Assembly: GCF_009914755.1 (NCBI RefSeq) | Contig: NC_060925.1 | Strand: one strand, 5' to 3' | Source: the human T2T-CHM13v2.0 reference genome, Homo sapiens | DNA: 64,000 nt | Part shown: positions 42,027-56,815 of the stretch, in pieces | Numbering within the stretch: position 1 is the first letter of the stretch | Layout of the letters: each line of letters begins with the position of its first letter | Position numbers and translations under genes: made by a program | The notes under the pieces: model-generated | Seen by the model: only the letters and a program-made list of their open reading frames with translations | Databases searched by the model: none | What the model was told of the DNA's origin: nothing

Positions 42027-42443
42027 TCATAGCTGGTATTGATTACTGCCTTCTTCTACTACCCATTCTGAATTCCTTTTGCCTTTAGCAAACGCCTCAG
42101 CAGGTCGTGGTTTTTTTCCTGGTGGAGTGACCCAAACTTTCATTCCTGAAGGGCCTGGGCCATTTGTAGTCCTGCCTGGATTAGGCTGTTGTAGTTTCCC
42201 TTTGACCTTTATCACAGGGCATGGTAATACTAAGAGACGCCCTAATGGATCTCCTGTATTCCATGCATATTCTTCCTTACCTCTGTTGTGGAGTAGTAAA
42301 CTGATTTCATCTTGATAGTCTGGGTCAATCACCCCAGCCAACACTCTAACTCCCTTCTTAGCCTGTTGACTTAAAGGTAGGAGGATCCCAAAGTGTCCAG
42401 GTGGCAATCTTAACTTCCAGTTTAACGGAATGGAAGGCAGCAT
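42027..42443 (-). pseudogene. HERV-L dUTPase remnant, downstream of integrase
   Basis: LPPGHFGILLP..GVRVLAGVIDPDYQDEISLLLHN..GDPLGRL matches dUTPase motifs; position typical of ERV-L. Confidence 0.88.
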
Positions 42444-45400
42444 TCTCCTGGTGGCAGCATTCCTCCCTCTGGAACTAAGACCTCTAGGCCAGCAGAACGT
42501 AATGTCGAGAGAACAGGAAGCAAAAATGTTGCTAGTGGATCACTAGGAGTGATGGTGAGTGGTGCTACTTCCACTTCCACCCCTTGATTCCTGAACCTGT
42601 GAATCCTGGCTATGGGAGAAAGAGTACCATATATTGGGTGCTGATTCAGAGCATACACGGCCTTCTGGAGACCTTTGCCCCAGCCCTGCAAAGTATTGTC
42701 ACCTATTTGACATTGTAATTGTGACTTCAAAAGGCCATTCCACCATGCTATTAATCTGGCTGCTTCAGGATGATGGGGAACATGGTAAGACCAGTGAATT
42801 CCGTGAGCATGAGCCCACTGCCACACTTCTTTTGCCATAAAATGAGTGCCTTCGTCAGAGGCAATGCTGTGTGGAATACCATGACAGTGGATAAGGCATT
42901 CCATGAGTTCATGGATGGCAGAAGCATTGCGAGCAGAATAGGCAAACCCATGTCCAGAATAATGGGTTTGTCTGTTCCAGTGAGGACAAACCTCTGCCCT
43001 TTCCATGAAGGAAGAGGTCCAATATAATCAACCTGCCACCAGGTAGCTGGTTGATCACCCCGATGAATGGTGCCATATCGAGGGCTCAGTGTTGGTCGCT
43101 GCTGCTGGCAAATTGGGCACTCAGCAGTGGCCGTAGCCAGGTCAGCCTTGGTGAGTGGAAGTCCATGTTGCTGAGACCATGTGTAACCTCCATCCCTGCC
43201 ACCATGGCCACTTTGTTCATGGGTCCATTGGGCGATGACAGGGGTTGCTGGGCAAAGAGGCTGAGTGGTGTCCACAGAATGGGTCATCCTATCCACTTGA
43301 TTATTAAAATCTTCCTCTGCTGAGGTCACCCATTGGTGAGCACTCACATGGGATACAAATATCTTCACAGTTTTTGACCACTCAGAGAGGTCCATCCACA
43401 TGCCTCTTCCCCAAATTTCTTTGTCACCAATTTTCCAATCATGCTTCTTTGAAGTCCCTGACCATACAGCCAAAACATTGGCTACAGCCCATGAATCAGT
43501 ATATAATCACACATCTGGCCATTTCTACTTTCATGCAAAGTGCACAACCAGGTGCACTGCTCTAAATTTTGCCCACTGGGAAGATTTGGCTTCACTGCTG
43601 TCCTTCAGGGAAGTCCTAGAAAGGCGCTGTAGTACTGTAAGCTGTTCACTTTAAGATGGTGCCTACATATTGTGCAGAAACATCTGTGAACCAGGCCCTA
43701 GTCTTCTCTTCCTCTGTCAACTGATCATAGGGAACTCCCCATGAGGACATTGGTACAGCCTGGGGGAGAGCAGGCAGGGTGGCAGGAATAGAGACCATGG
43801 GCATTTGAGCCACTTCCTCATGTAACTTACTTGCGCCTTCAGGACCTGCTCAAGCCTGATCACGTATATACCACCTCCATTTGATGATGGAATGCTGCTG
43901 TGCATGACCCACTTTATGGCTGGGTGGGTCAGAAAGCACCCCGTTTATGATAGGCAGTTCAGGTCGCATGGTGACTTGATGACCCATAGTCAAACATTCA
44001 GTTTCCACCAAAGCCCAATAACAGGCCAAGAGCTATCTCTCAAAAGGAGAATAGTTGTCTGCAAAAGATGGCAGGGCCTTGCACCAAAATCCTAGGGGTT
44101 TCTGTGTGATTCACCTATGGGGGCCTGCCAAAGGCTCAAAACAGCATCCCTGACACCTCAAGCACGATTGGATCTGCTGGGTCATATGGCCCAAGTGGCA
44201 GAGCAGCTTGCACAGCAGCCTGGACCTGTTGCAGAGCCTTCTCCTGTTCTGAACCCCATTCAAAACTGGCAGCCTTTTGGGTCACTTGATAAATGGGCTG
44301 GAGTAACACACCCAAATGAGGAACGTGTTGCCTCCAAAATCCAAATAGACCCACTAGGTGTTGTGCCTCTTTCTTGGTTGTGGGAGGGGCCAAATGCAGC
44401 AGCAACTTATCCTTACCTTACAAGGAATATCTTGACAGGCCCCACACCACTGGACCCCTAGAAATTTTACTGAAGTAGAAGATCCCTGAATTTTAGTCGG
44501 ATTTATTTCCCATCTTCTGGTACACAAATATTTCACCAATAAGTCCAGTGTGTTTGCTACTTCTTGCTCTTTGGATCCAATCAGCATAATGTCATTAATG
44601 TAATGGACTAGTATGATATCTCGCGGAAGCAAAAAGCAAACAAGGTCTTTCTGAATAAGATTATGACACAAAGCCTGAGCATTGATATACCTCTGAGGTA
44701 GGACAGTAAAGGTATATGGCTGGCCTTGCCAGCTGAAGACAAATTGCCTCTGGTAGGCCTCATGAACGGGAATGGAGAAAAAGCCATTTGCCAAATCAAT
44801 GGCTGCATACCAGGTACCAGGAGATGTGTTAATTTGTTCAAGCAATGAAACCTCATCTGGTCCAGCAGCTGCAATTGGAGTCACCACTTGGTTAAGCTTA
44901 TGATAATCCACTGTCATTCTCCAAGATCCATTTGTCTTCTGCACAGGCCAAATGGGAGAATTGAAGAGGGATTTGGTGGGAATCACCACTCCTGCGTCTT
45001 TCAAGTCCTTAATGGTGGCACTAATCTCCGCAATCCCTCCAATCATGCGATATTGTTTTTGATTTACTATTTTTCTAGGTAGAGGCAGCTCTAATGGCTT
45101 CCATTTGGCCTTTCCCACCATAATAGCCCTCACCCTCCCAGTCAGGGAGCCAGCTGCTAAGTACATCTATGCCAACTATGCATTCTGGCACTGCGGAAAT
45201 GACCACAGGATGAGTCTGGGGACCCAGTGGACCCACTGTAAGTCAGACGTGAGCTAAAACTCCATTAATTACCTGACCTCCATAAGTGTCTACTTTAACT
45301 GGAGGACCACGATGATGTTTTTGGGTCCCCTGGAATCAACATCAGCTCAGAGCCAGTGTCCAGTAGTCCCCGAAATGTCTAATAATTTCCCTCTCCCCAG
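42422..45400 (-). pseudogene. HERV-L pro/pol remnant (protease, RT, RNase H, integrase)
   Basis: LLDTGSE protease at ~45345-45366; FNSPIWPV, WRMTVDY, VLPQRY, HYINDI (YIDD changed to YIND); HHCC (H..H..CPIC), WQVDYIGP, SIASDEGTHF. Confidence 0.92.
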
Positions 45401-45607
45401 TGCACAGTTGCCCTGGTAAAAGGCCAGAGGTCTCCTTGGGGAAGGATGGGAGAAAGATTAACTGCATAAATTGTTGGTATAGTGGGGGGTCCTTCCTCAT
45501 GGCGACCTGGCTTCACCTTCATTCAAGGGGTCCTGAGTCTGTATACTGGCTTCAGTCTGGAAATCGGTTAAGGGGCTGTGATTCTCTGCTTTTATAATTC
45601 AAATTAG

Positions 45608-45913
<306 letters not shown>

Positions 45914-47043
45914 TCAAATTAGTCTTTTGTCCATTCAACCTAGAAGTTTTCCACTCCTATAAATTAAGTAGGAATGCAGTAGGCTTCGTATCAATTTCAC
46001 TTCTAGGAACTATGATTAATTAGCCAATGCCACAGCCCTATACAATTCAGACTATTCTGATTGCTGCTTTGCCTCTGCTGTCTATTATGGTAGCTACGCC
46101 CACCTTTGATGGTTGAGTGCTGCCACTTGGCCCCTGCCCCCTCAGAATCCAATTATTCCCATTGTATTTAAATTTTGTAGTTGAGTGACTGTAGTTCCCA
46201 CTGTTAGATCTGACATACAGAGAAGAGCAATGACAGGGTCCTTCAAAGATGCAGGTGTTGCCCTCACAAATCTATTTCACAAGACATTGGTCAAGTGTAT
46301 ATCTTCTAGACCCTCCCAGCTGGGATGAGTAGGTCTAAATTGACTAATCCACTCCACCATCCCAATTTCCCTAAGCCTTTGGATCCCTTCCTCTACATTA
46401 ATCCAAGGGAGATCAGGCATTTCCAGCTCATTCACAGTGGGCCCTCTTTTAATGCATCTTTCAGCTAACCAAGCAAATGAACCATTAGAACCCTTTTTAA
46501 CTCTTCGAGATGCAACATTAAATGCAGAGTCCCTACTTAGTGGGCCCAAGTCAATAAATTCAGCCTGATTCAACTCTACTTTCCTTCCACCATTATCCCA
46601 CCCCTAATATCCATTCCCATGCCTGTTCTCCAGATTTCTGTTTACATAAACTAGAAAACTCAAGCAGTTCTTTTTGAGTATAGCACACCTCCTCATGGGT
46701 CACACTCTCAACCTCACCCTATAGGGGCCTGCTGGGACTTTAGTCTAGTTATAGGTCTAGAAGCAAACTCGGGTGTTGAGGGTGGCTCCTGAGGAGAATC
46801 AACTTTATCTTGCCTGGCAACTGCCTCAGGGGAGGCCATCACTGCTGCCTTAGGCAGTGCAGGGTTCGTTTCCTTAGACAAAGGTGGAAAGGCTGATGGC
46901 AGCCTGGGTCAGGGAGGGGATGTTGCCACTACTGGGAATGGGGAAGCTGTTTCTTCTGGCAAAAAAGATTCATCATAGTTTACAAACTCAGTGTCCCCAG
47001 CTTCATCAGGGTCCTCCCACACATCCCCATTCCAAGTTGCAGG

Positions 47044-47910
47044 TGTAGGGAGACCCCCTGAAACTATTGCTATGGAATAAAAGATGAAATGCTCCTGATT
47101 ATTGTAAATACAAAATTGCATGCAGGATTGTGTAATGCCAGGTTGGACTGCCAGAATGAGCCAACAGCGCGTGATGTGCTTCCCCCTGCAGAGAGCCTAT
47201 GAATGGACATGCAGTCAGGGAGGTTTCACATCACCAAGATTCCTATCCTAGAAAAGCAGATGTTCATAGCTCTGGGAATGGAATGCAACCCTTGTGGAGA
47301 GCCTATAAACGGATGCATGGGGGGCACCTGTCCATATGGATAAGATAGGGCTATAAACGCCCTCATCTTGCCATGGCTCTTCTATCACTCTGTAGGGTTA
47401 AAGCATACTCCCTTCTGAGAATTTCTGGTCTAACCGGTTGTCTAGCTTCATGTCCTGTTTCTATGGATTATTTGTAACCAGCTTTTGCTGCAACTGTTAC
47501 TGCTGATTAATATCTTGCTAATCATAGGTTATGGAAAGACTGTGTTTCTGTTTTAAGGCTCTGTTAGAAATTACTGATGCACACACTATATTGTAAATTC
47601 TTATCCCTGTATACTGTACTTCTGCATACAGATGTTATGTTAAAGAATTACTTCATCCCCATTGACCATCTCACCTCATAAACAAATGACCCTAAATCCC
47701 TCACTAACCTACCCCCGCCCTCACTAAACTTAATAATAAATGCTGGTATATCCAGTGCATTGTTGGCACCACGGGACCAGAAGGCGGTGACACCCCTGGA
47801 CCCAGCTTTCACTATCTTGTGTGTATCTATTATTTCTCAACTTGCCGATCCACCTGGGAAGAAGGAGTGAGCCCCGTTGCATTGTGGGCTGCTGGCCAGA
47901 TCCTGCAATA
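47044..47910 (+). mobile_element. MER11-family (MER11D-like) ERVK solo LTR
   Basis: tgtagggagaccccctgaaact...ctgttagaaattactgatgcacacactatatt...aataaa...ggccagatcctgcaata; TSD gcagg at 47039-43 and 47911-15. Confidence 0.8.
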
Positions 47911-48360
47911 GCAGGGTACCATTCTTTTCCAATCAATGCCCTCACTTGGACCTGTAGACACCTGTCTACTTGGATAGTAGACACCTGATGAGGCTGTGCA
48001 TGCATCTTTCAATGCAGGTCAGCCACTGACATGATAAGAGCTTGTGTCTGTTTTTTCACAATTTCAGCTCTTTCTCTACAGGAGCTAAGACTCTCATTCG
48101 GGGCAATCTTAGCAGATTTGAGGCTCAGTATCTGCCTCTGAAGCTGGGACACAGAATCCCTGAGTTTATCATTTTCTTCCATCACTTCATCCACCGAACT
48201 TAGGAGCAACCAACCAGCTTCATTATGTTCCTTGGTTCTCCACATGTGGTCAAAGGTATTATATATAGAGTCACCAAACTCCTTGCCTCTCATAAGCAGT
48301 GAATCAGGAGTGTAAAATGCACTTATTTTGCATAGCTCTCTAAACAGTTCACACCAAGAC

Positions 48361-48838
48361 TGTGGGAGTTCAGTCAGGGTGGTGGGAAAAATTATAAAGA
48401 TAGTTGTAGAAAATAGTCACAAACCTTCTTGGAAGCCCGGGGGTGGGGTTGCATAGCTTCAGTAACAGATTTGGCTGAAGGCAGCCTAATCCTCTTTACC
48501 TTTAGTTCATAGCAAAAAAGCAAACAACAAGGAAATGTGGGGAATTTATCTAAATAGCTTGTTTACTCATGTGGTCCTAAGACCAACCTTTGATCAACCA
48601 TGGGTGCATAATTGCTCTCTACTCGGGGGTCAGCAATGTCAATTACCCTCTAGTGGTATTTACTCAAGACCTTTGTCATTTAATCTGTACTAAATAAATG
48701 TGAACTTCACTGGCTTATTGAGGCGATGCCCCAGACTCAGAGCAGAGCTCCTTAGCTGTACTGACAGGCAAAAATATCGGTGTCAGTGTACGTCTGTCAT
48801 CCATTGCTGGGTCAGGGTCTGCAGGTCAGACCCCTCTA
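48361..48838 (+). mobile_element. LTR22-like ERVK (HML-5) solo LTR
   Basis: tgtgggagttcagtcagggtggtgggaaaaattata..acaaaccttcttggaag; TSD caagac / caaaac. Confidence 0.78.
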
Positions 48839-48880
48839 CAAAACTATCAGTGTTCTCCATACTATTAGAAGTAGAGTCCT

Positions 48881-49173
<293 letters not shown>

Positions 49174-49278
49174 AAGAGAGTCCTTAGGATTTTTGGGTCT
49201 AATCATATTAAGTAGCCAACTCCAGAAACCCCAAAACCAACGAAAGAACTCCATCCTTAATATTCTGTTCCTCTAGAA

Positions 49279-49293
49279 CCACTCCTGGTACCA
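49279..49293 (-). promoter_or_regulatory. Primer-binding site for tRNA-Leu
   Basis: Minus strand tggtaccaggagtgg just downstream of the 5' LTR, complementary to a tRNA-Leu(TAA) 3' end as I recall it (..CCACUCCUGGUACCA). Confidence 0.8.
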
Positions 49294-49298
49294 AAATC

Positions 49299-49961
49299 TG
49301 TATTAGTCAGGGTTCCCTAGAGGGACAGAACTAATAGGATATATATATATATATGTGTATATATATATATGTATATATATATATGTATATATATATGTAT
49401 ATATATATGTGTATATATATGTATATATATATGTATATATATGTATATATATGTGTATATATATGTATATATATGTATATATATGTGTATATATATGTAT
49501 ATATATGTATATATATGTGTATATATATGTATATATATATGTATATATATGTGTGTATATATATATATATGAAGGGGAATTTTTAAGTGCTAACTCACAC
49601 AATCACAAGGTCCCACAACAATAGGTCATCTGCAAGCTGAGGAGCAAGGAAAGCCAGTCTGAGTCTCAAAACTGAAGAACTTGGAGTCTGACGTTCAAGG
49701 GCAGGAAGGGTCCAGCATGGGAGAAAGACAGAGGCTGGGAGGCTAGGCCAGTCTCATCTCTTCACATTTTTCTGCCTACTTTATATTATGGCTGCACTGG
49801 CAGCAGATTAGATGGTGCCCACCCAAATTAACGGTGGGTCTGCCTTTCCCAGCCCACTGACTCACATGCTAATCTTTGGCAGCACCCTCACAGACACACC
49901 TAGGATCAATACTTTGCATCCTTCAATTCAATCAAGTTGACACTCAGTATTAACTATCACA
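49299..49961 (-). mobile_element. MLT2A1-type 5' LTR, with ~230-bp (TA/TG) repeat at 49339-49570
   Basis: Direct-repeat homolog of 39805-41689. Confidence 0.93.
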
Positions 49962-50359
49962 CCTCTGAATGACACAGCAATAAAGCTCCATCTTAAGTAA
50001 ATAAAGAAATAAAGCACCATCTTAGAATCAGAGAGACCAGGCCCTCATCAGACACTGAATCTATGGGTACCTTGATCTTGCCAGAGCCTCAATCTTGGAC
50101 TTCCCAGCCTCCAGAACTATGATAAATACATTTCTATTGTTTATTAATAACCCAGGCCGCTATTTTATTATAGCAGCATAAACAGACTAAGACAGAAATT
50201 GTACCAAGAAGGTGGGTATTTTCTATAACAAATACCTAAAAATGTGGAAGCAGTTTTGGAATTGAGTAATGGGCAGAGGCTGGAAGAGTTTGGAGGAGCA
50301 AGCTAAAAAAATCCCAGATTGCTATGAATGGACCATTAAGGGCAATTCTAGTGGGGTTC

Positions 50360-50791
50360 TGCTATGGTATGAATATTTGTCCCCTCTAAAACTCATGTTG
50401 AAATTTAATCCCCAATGTGGCAGTGCTGTGAAATTTTAAGAGGTGATTGGCTGATGAGGGCTTTGCACTCATAAATAGATGATTAATGGATGAATGGATT
50501 AAAGGGTTAATAGGCTAATGGATTAATGGGTTATCATGGGAGTGGAACTGGTGGCTTTATAAGAAGAGGAAGCGAGACCTAATGTAATACACTTAGCCCT
50601 CCCACCATGTGAAGCCCTGCACTGCCTTGGGACTCTGCAGAAAATCCTCAGCAGGAAGAAGACCCTCACCAGATGGCGCCTCTCCATCTTGGACTTTTCA
50701 GACTCTATAACTGTAATAAATACATTTTTTTCTTTATAAATTACCCAGTTTCAGGCATTTTGTTATAATAAGCAGGAAATGGACTAGGATA
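50360..50791 (+). mobile_element. MSTB-like solo LTR inserted into the MST internal region
   Basis: tgctatgg..ccctctaaaactcatgttgaaatttaatcccc..(atggattaatggg)n..ataaattacccagt. Confidence 0.8.
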
Positions 50792-53700
50792 AACACAAAA
50801 GAAAGGGAGAGCTATAGAAAGGATTTCAGTCTTCTCAGAAGTTATCTAAATGGTTGTGATCAGAATGCTGGCAGAAATATAAAGAGTAAAGGCTATTCTG
50901 ATAACGTCTTAGATGGAAATGAGGACTATATCATTGAAAGTTGGAGGAAAGGCCATCCTTGTTACAAAGTGGCAAAGAACTTGATTGAATTGTGTCCATA
51001 CTCTGGGGCTTTGTGGAAGACAGAATTTAAGAATGGTGAACTAAGATATCTCATGGGAGAAATATCTAAGCAAAATATTGAACGGGCTGCATAGCATCTC
51101 TTTATTCTTCTAGTAAAGAGAGAAATGATTTAAAGATGGAATTCACAATTAAAAGGGAAGTAGAAAACGTCAGGGGCCCTCGGGATCTTAGTATTCACTG
51201 CCCTGCACCTCCTCATCTCTGCTCCCCACATCAGGCACAGTGCTCCTTGGCTGTCCTAGCTGTGGTTCAAACAGGCCCAGATGTGCCTCAGATGGCCCCT
51301 CTGGAAGGTACAGGCTATAAGCTTTGGCAGAGTCCACATGGCGCTAACTCTGCAGGCACACAGAGCACTAGAGCCATGGAGGTATGCCTATCTCCACCTA
51401 GATTTCACAGGATGCATCAGAGAGCCTTGGGTGCCAGGCAGAGAACTGCATTGGGGTGGGGCTGCTGCAGAGGTCCCCTACTAGGGCAATGCCCAGTGGA
51501 GCCATGGGGTCAGGGTCACCACAGAGAACCCCACAGTACAGCAGTGTCTAGTGGAGCCATGGGAATGGGGTCACCCCTGAGACACCAAACCTGTAGACCC
51601 ACCAACATGCAACTCTAGCCTGGGAGAGCCACAGGCACAAGACTCTAACCCTTGAGAACTGCCATGTGAGCTGTGCCCAGTGAGGCCATGGAGGCAGAGT
51701 CCCTGGAGCCTTGGTGATCCAACCCCAGCCCAGTGTATCTGAAAGGCAGGACATGTAGTTGAAGATTATTCTAAAGCCTCAAGATTTAATGCTGTTTGCC
51801 TTGGTGGGTTTTTGAGTTATTTGAGACCTGTTGTCCATTTCTTCTTTTCTGTTGCTCCCTTTTGAAACGGGAATGTCTATCCTATGCCTGCCTTACCTTT
51901 GTATATTGGAAGCACATAACTTGTTGGATGTCACAAGTTCACAGCTGGAGGAGGAATTTGTCTCAGGATGAATTGTGCCTAGAATCTTACCCATATCTGA
52001 TTTAAATAATATATAGATGAGACTTTGGACTTAGACCTCAAGATTGATGCTGGAACAAGACATTTGTGGCTATGGGATGGAATTAATGTATTTTGTATGT
52101 GAGTAGGACATGAATTTTGGTAGATCATGGGTAGAATGCTACAGTTTGGATGTGTTCCCTCCAAAATTCATGTTGAAACTTAATTCCCCTTGTGGTGATA
52201 CCAAGAGGTGGAGCCTTTGGAAAGTGATTAAGTCATGAGGGCTCCACCCTCATGGATGAATTAGTGCCTTATAAAAGGGCTGGAAGAAACTAGCTTAGGC
52301 CTTTTTTTTCCTTTCTCTCCCTTTTTCCATGTGAGGACTCAGACTTTATCCCCTCTAGAGGATACAGTGACAAGGAAGCAGAGAGACAGGGCCCTCAACA
52401 GACACTGAACATGCTGGCACCTTGATCTTGGACTTACAGCCTCCAAAATTATGAGGAATAAAATTTCTGATCTTTATAAATTACCCAGTTTAAGGTATTT
52501 TGTTATAGCGCACAAATGGACTAAGGCATTCTAGTAACAGGAAAGGATGAAAAGATAGGGAGTTGTTCTGGACTCTAGTTTGTTTATCCAGTTCTAGGAT
52601 GCCTGGTTGACCCAGCTGCTGTTCTTGAAAATCTGATCTAACTCCTAAGAAGACAAGGAGGGCCTCAGGGGATCAGAATAGTGGACTGCAGCAGGGAATT
52701 TACTGGAAATCAACATGGCTTTAGGCCTCTTACTTTCAGCCTTCAGAATCTAATCAACTTCATCTATGGATAAAATGTACAAATTTGACCATTTTGCTGG
52801 AAACTATCTTAATGCAAGATCACATCAATGATTGAAAATGATGATTTTATCTAGGCAGCGTGTATTTTGATTTTACTCATGGATAACTAAGAACTCTAAA
52901 AATGTTAGAATGAAACATAGAATAGCAGATGATTTGAGATTCTCCTTCCTACTACAAATTGAATGGGCAAAAAAGGCTTATAAAACCATAATAATATATG
53001 TGAATAATGAAACAAAGTAGAAATGGCTAAATAGTATACCCTTATTTATTTATACTGAAATTATGATTTTTATATCAAAGTAGCTATTTACTTATGTAGT
53101 CCTAGAGTTAAAAACAAAGACCCTCCTCTATCTCAGGCTCTCGGGTGATTTTACTGACCTCATTGCATAAAGAGAAATCTTGATAATTAAGGCTTTCAAT
53201 GTCTCCAGCCTAGTTCCAAATTGGAACATTCGAACAGGCTTATATAAACCAGAAATGGGATAACCACATACTTTACTGTCCAAGATGTGATAGGTTTTAG
53301 AGAGAAAGTGGGCACTAACCAGGTGGCACATGAGGAAAAGTGGCATAAACTAGTGCCATCCCAGGCAAACCAATGTTTATGATTCTCCACATCTAGCTAG
53401 AGATAAATTCCTTCTCCTATCTCAGCTTTTCACAGATATTTCCCAATTTCAGCCCTGTCCCACCCCCATGGCGCTAAGGTAGTATTGAGAGAGAAGTCCC
53501 TCTTTCACTTCTACCTTAGTTTTCCCCCTAATTCAAAGAGGCTGGCTTTATCTTGTCTTTAAGAGATTTCTTTATTAGTAAAATTCAGCTCCGCCTACAT
53601 GTCCAACATCAATAAGTCAAATGACTATCAGAGTTACTTATATCATATCTGTCAACCAGGGACAAGATCAAAGACATTCAAAGACTAAAGACAAAAGGGA

Positions 53701-53959
53701 TTGTAGGTTACTGCCTGATGACTCTATTTAAAATGTGGTGGGATAATGTCTATGAAGTATTAATGGATTATCTTTCTTTGACACCTTCTCATCTTTTAGC
53801 ACTTCCCTTCTTTGATTGCCTCAGGGAAGGGTTGTTACAGAAGAATGCAGATTTAAAAAGAGTGTCTTCCTAGCTTTTAAGTTTCAAAACCTAGGCCCTT
53901 AAGGAAACTGAAAAGACTTAGGGCAATTTTTTTTAAAAAAAGAAGAAAAGATAGGATAA

Positions 53960-54680
53960 GAACGAGGTTTCAGGCCTGAAGGGTGAAAGAAGAGTCAAGG
54001 TGATGCAAGGAGAGCTTCGATGCTTGGGGTCCTTGAGAAAAGGGCATCTTGGCTTCCTCACCCCATCCTTCAGGTTGAGTTGCGACCCAAGGGAGTCTGC
54101 AGAAACCCTGGCTAGGTTTAGGAGATCCAAGAACACAGATAACGTCCTGCAGGTGGCAAGACCCTGGAGAAGAACCGACATCTTAGACGGCTTTACCCAC
54201 ATGTCAGGGCGGTACAGAAACCATGGAATCACTTCTATGTGTCCAAGAAGGGACAGAAATGAAGACCTGCCCCACGTATCATGGGAGCACCTGAGTGAGA
54301 AGCAGAACAATCGCTGCATTCCCAAGAGGGGGGTGCTGAACCTAAAGGAGTTTTATGAATGAGTTTGAGAGGTGACCTGAGGACAGCCTGAGTGGAACAT
54401 GGCTGAGGACCCAATGAGGCAATAGTAGCCCCAGGGGATGTCAGCTTGGCCAGATGACACCAAAGACCTAATGTCCAGGCCCAACCTCAAACCCTGGCAC
54501 TCCTAGAACATAGGTAAGCTCATGGGAAAATGGAAGGAAGACCCCAATTTAACTGAAATTGTGTTCCTGCCATCCAAGAGGAAGGCTCAAAACAGAATTT
54601 AAGTTGAGCTACAGAAAAAGAAGGACATTTATAGTTCTTCTACATCTGTGTTTGTGGATGAGATTTGAACCCAGTACACA
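53960..54680 (+). mobile_element. Possible ancient LTR remnant
   Basis: 3' end resembles old mammalian LTRs (ggctcaaaacagaatttaagttgag...tttgtggatgagatttgaacccagtaca); recall only. Confidence 0.35.
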
Positions 54681-54869
54681 GAGACAAGGACATGCAGGAT
54701 GACAGAATCATAGTGCAACCTACTGAAAAAGAACAGTGGGGAAAGAATATCCACGAGAATAGCTTTGAATCCAGACTCCTCCACTCACTCAGGGAATTCA
54801 AAAAGCTCCTCTGTGCCTCCATTCTTTTAAAAGCCACCTTAATACACTTACCAAGTCCTTCCAATTCCA

Positions 54870-55820
54870 TTTCCTTGACACCTTCCCCTTCCTTTCATCT
54901 CCACTGTGCCACTGACTTAGCGCCGGCCCTTCTCATTCCTCTTTTGCACTAGCGTATTAATAATAATAATAACAACAGGTTAACATTTATTTGGGCCTCA
55001 TTATGTGGGAGATATTGTGCTGTTTATTGTATTCTATTAACTCTTTTAATTTTCACATCAATCCTAACAGGTAGGTAGTATTTTTATCTTCCTTTCACAG
55101 ATGAGAAAACTGAGTCACAAAAAAAGTTAAATTGTCCATGACCATACTGCCAGAAAATGGTGAAGCCAGAAAACCTGGGCTGGGCTGTGCATCTCTGGAA
55201 TTCATACTTTAAACAGCTATACTCTACTGCCTCTTTTTAGTTTCCTGACTCTTCCTGCATCCTGGGTCACTCCCTTCCACACTATTACCTAAATAATCCT
55301 TCTAAACCATAAGTCTGAACACAGCATACCTTTCATAAAATCCTTCAATGGCTCCCCATCACTTTTAGCCTAAAATTTAAACTTCTTGGAATGGTGCAGA
55401 AGAGCAGGTGTGATTCAGCTCCTGCCTACTTGTTCGGTCCTATTCCACAGGCATATTTTTCCCCCAGCAGTATAAAACTAGTGGCAGTTATTCTCCTGCC
55501 CTAAATGAATGGGTAGGACACTGCACAACACACACACACACACACACACACTCTCTCTCTTTCACCCCGATTCCCACTCATTACTTTTAAGAGTCCACTT
55601 AACGTTCATCCTGGTTTTAGAAGCAGTTTTTTTAGCACCCTATCCTAAAATATATTCTATTAAATTCTAATTAATAGCTTTCTTGTTTGATCAGGGTTTT
55701 TGGGTCTGTCTTCCTCACTACACTGTGAGCATCCTAAAGTCAGGGCTATATTTGAATACTGTTTGTTTGGGGCCTGAAACGTAGCAGGCACCTTGTAGAA
55801 TTGCCAAATAAAATAATCGA
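54870..55820 (-). mobile_element. L2 3' region with a MIR insertion (~54960-55230) and (CA)n at 55527-55551
   Basis: aaaatccttcaatggctcccc, ctacactgtgagcatcctaaagtcagggc; MIR ttttacagatgagaaaactgag-like. Confidence 0.65.
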
Positions 55821-55837
55821 TCAAAATACCTTTCATG

Positions 55838-56154
<317 letters not shown>

Positions 56155-56222
56155 TCAACAATAATTTCATATTCATAAGTATAAATTGGCATCTGCTAAA
56201 TGCCAGACAGTTTGATGTAGAC

Positions 56223-56815
<593 letters not shown>

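Noticed and set aside
49979-50024. Short duplication aataaagc(t/a)ccatctta
   Set aside because: Minor local duplication in the MST LTR with no functional implication visible.
51136-51618. 160-aa ORF
   Set aside because: Lies in the MST internal region; decayed MaLR sequence, not a host gene.
53933-54362. Overlapping 120-130 aa ORFs on both strands
   Set aside because: No recognisable domain or splice context; probably within an old LTR.
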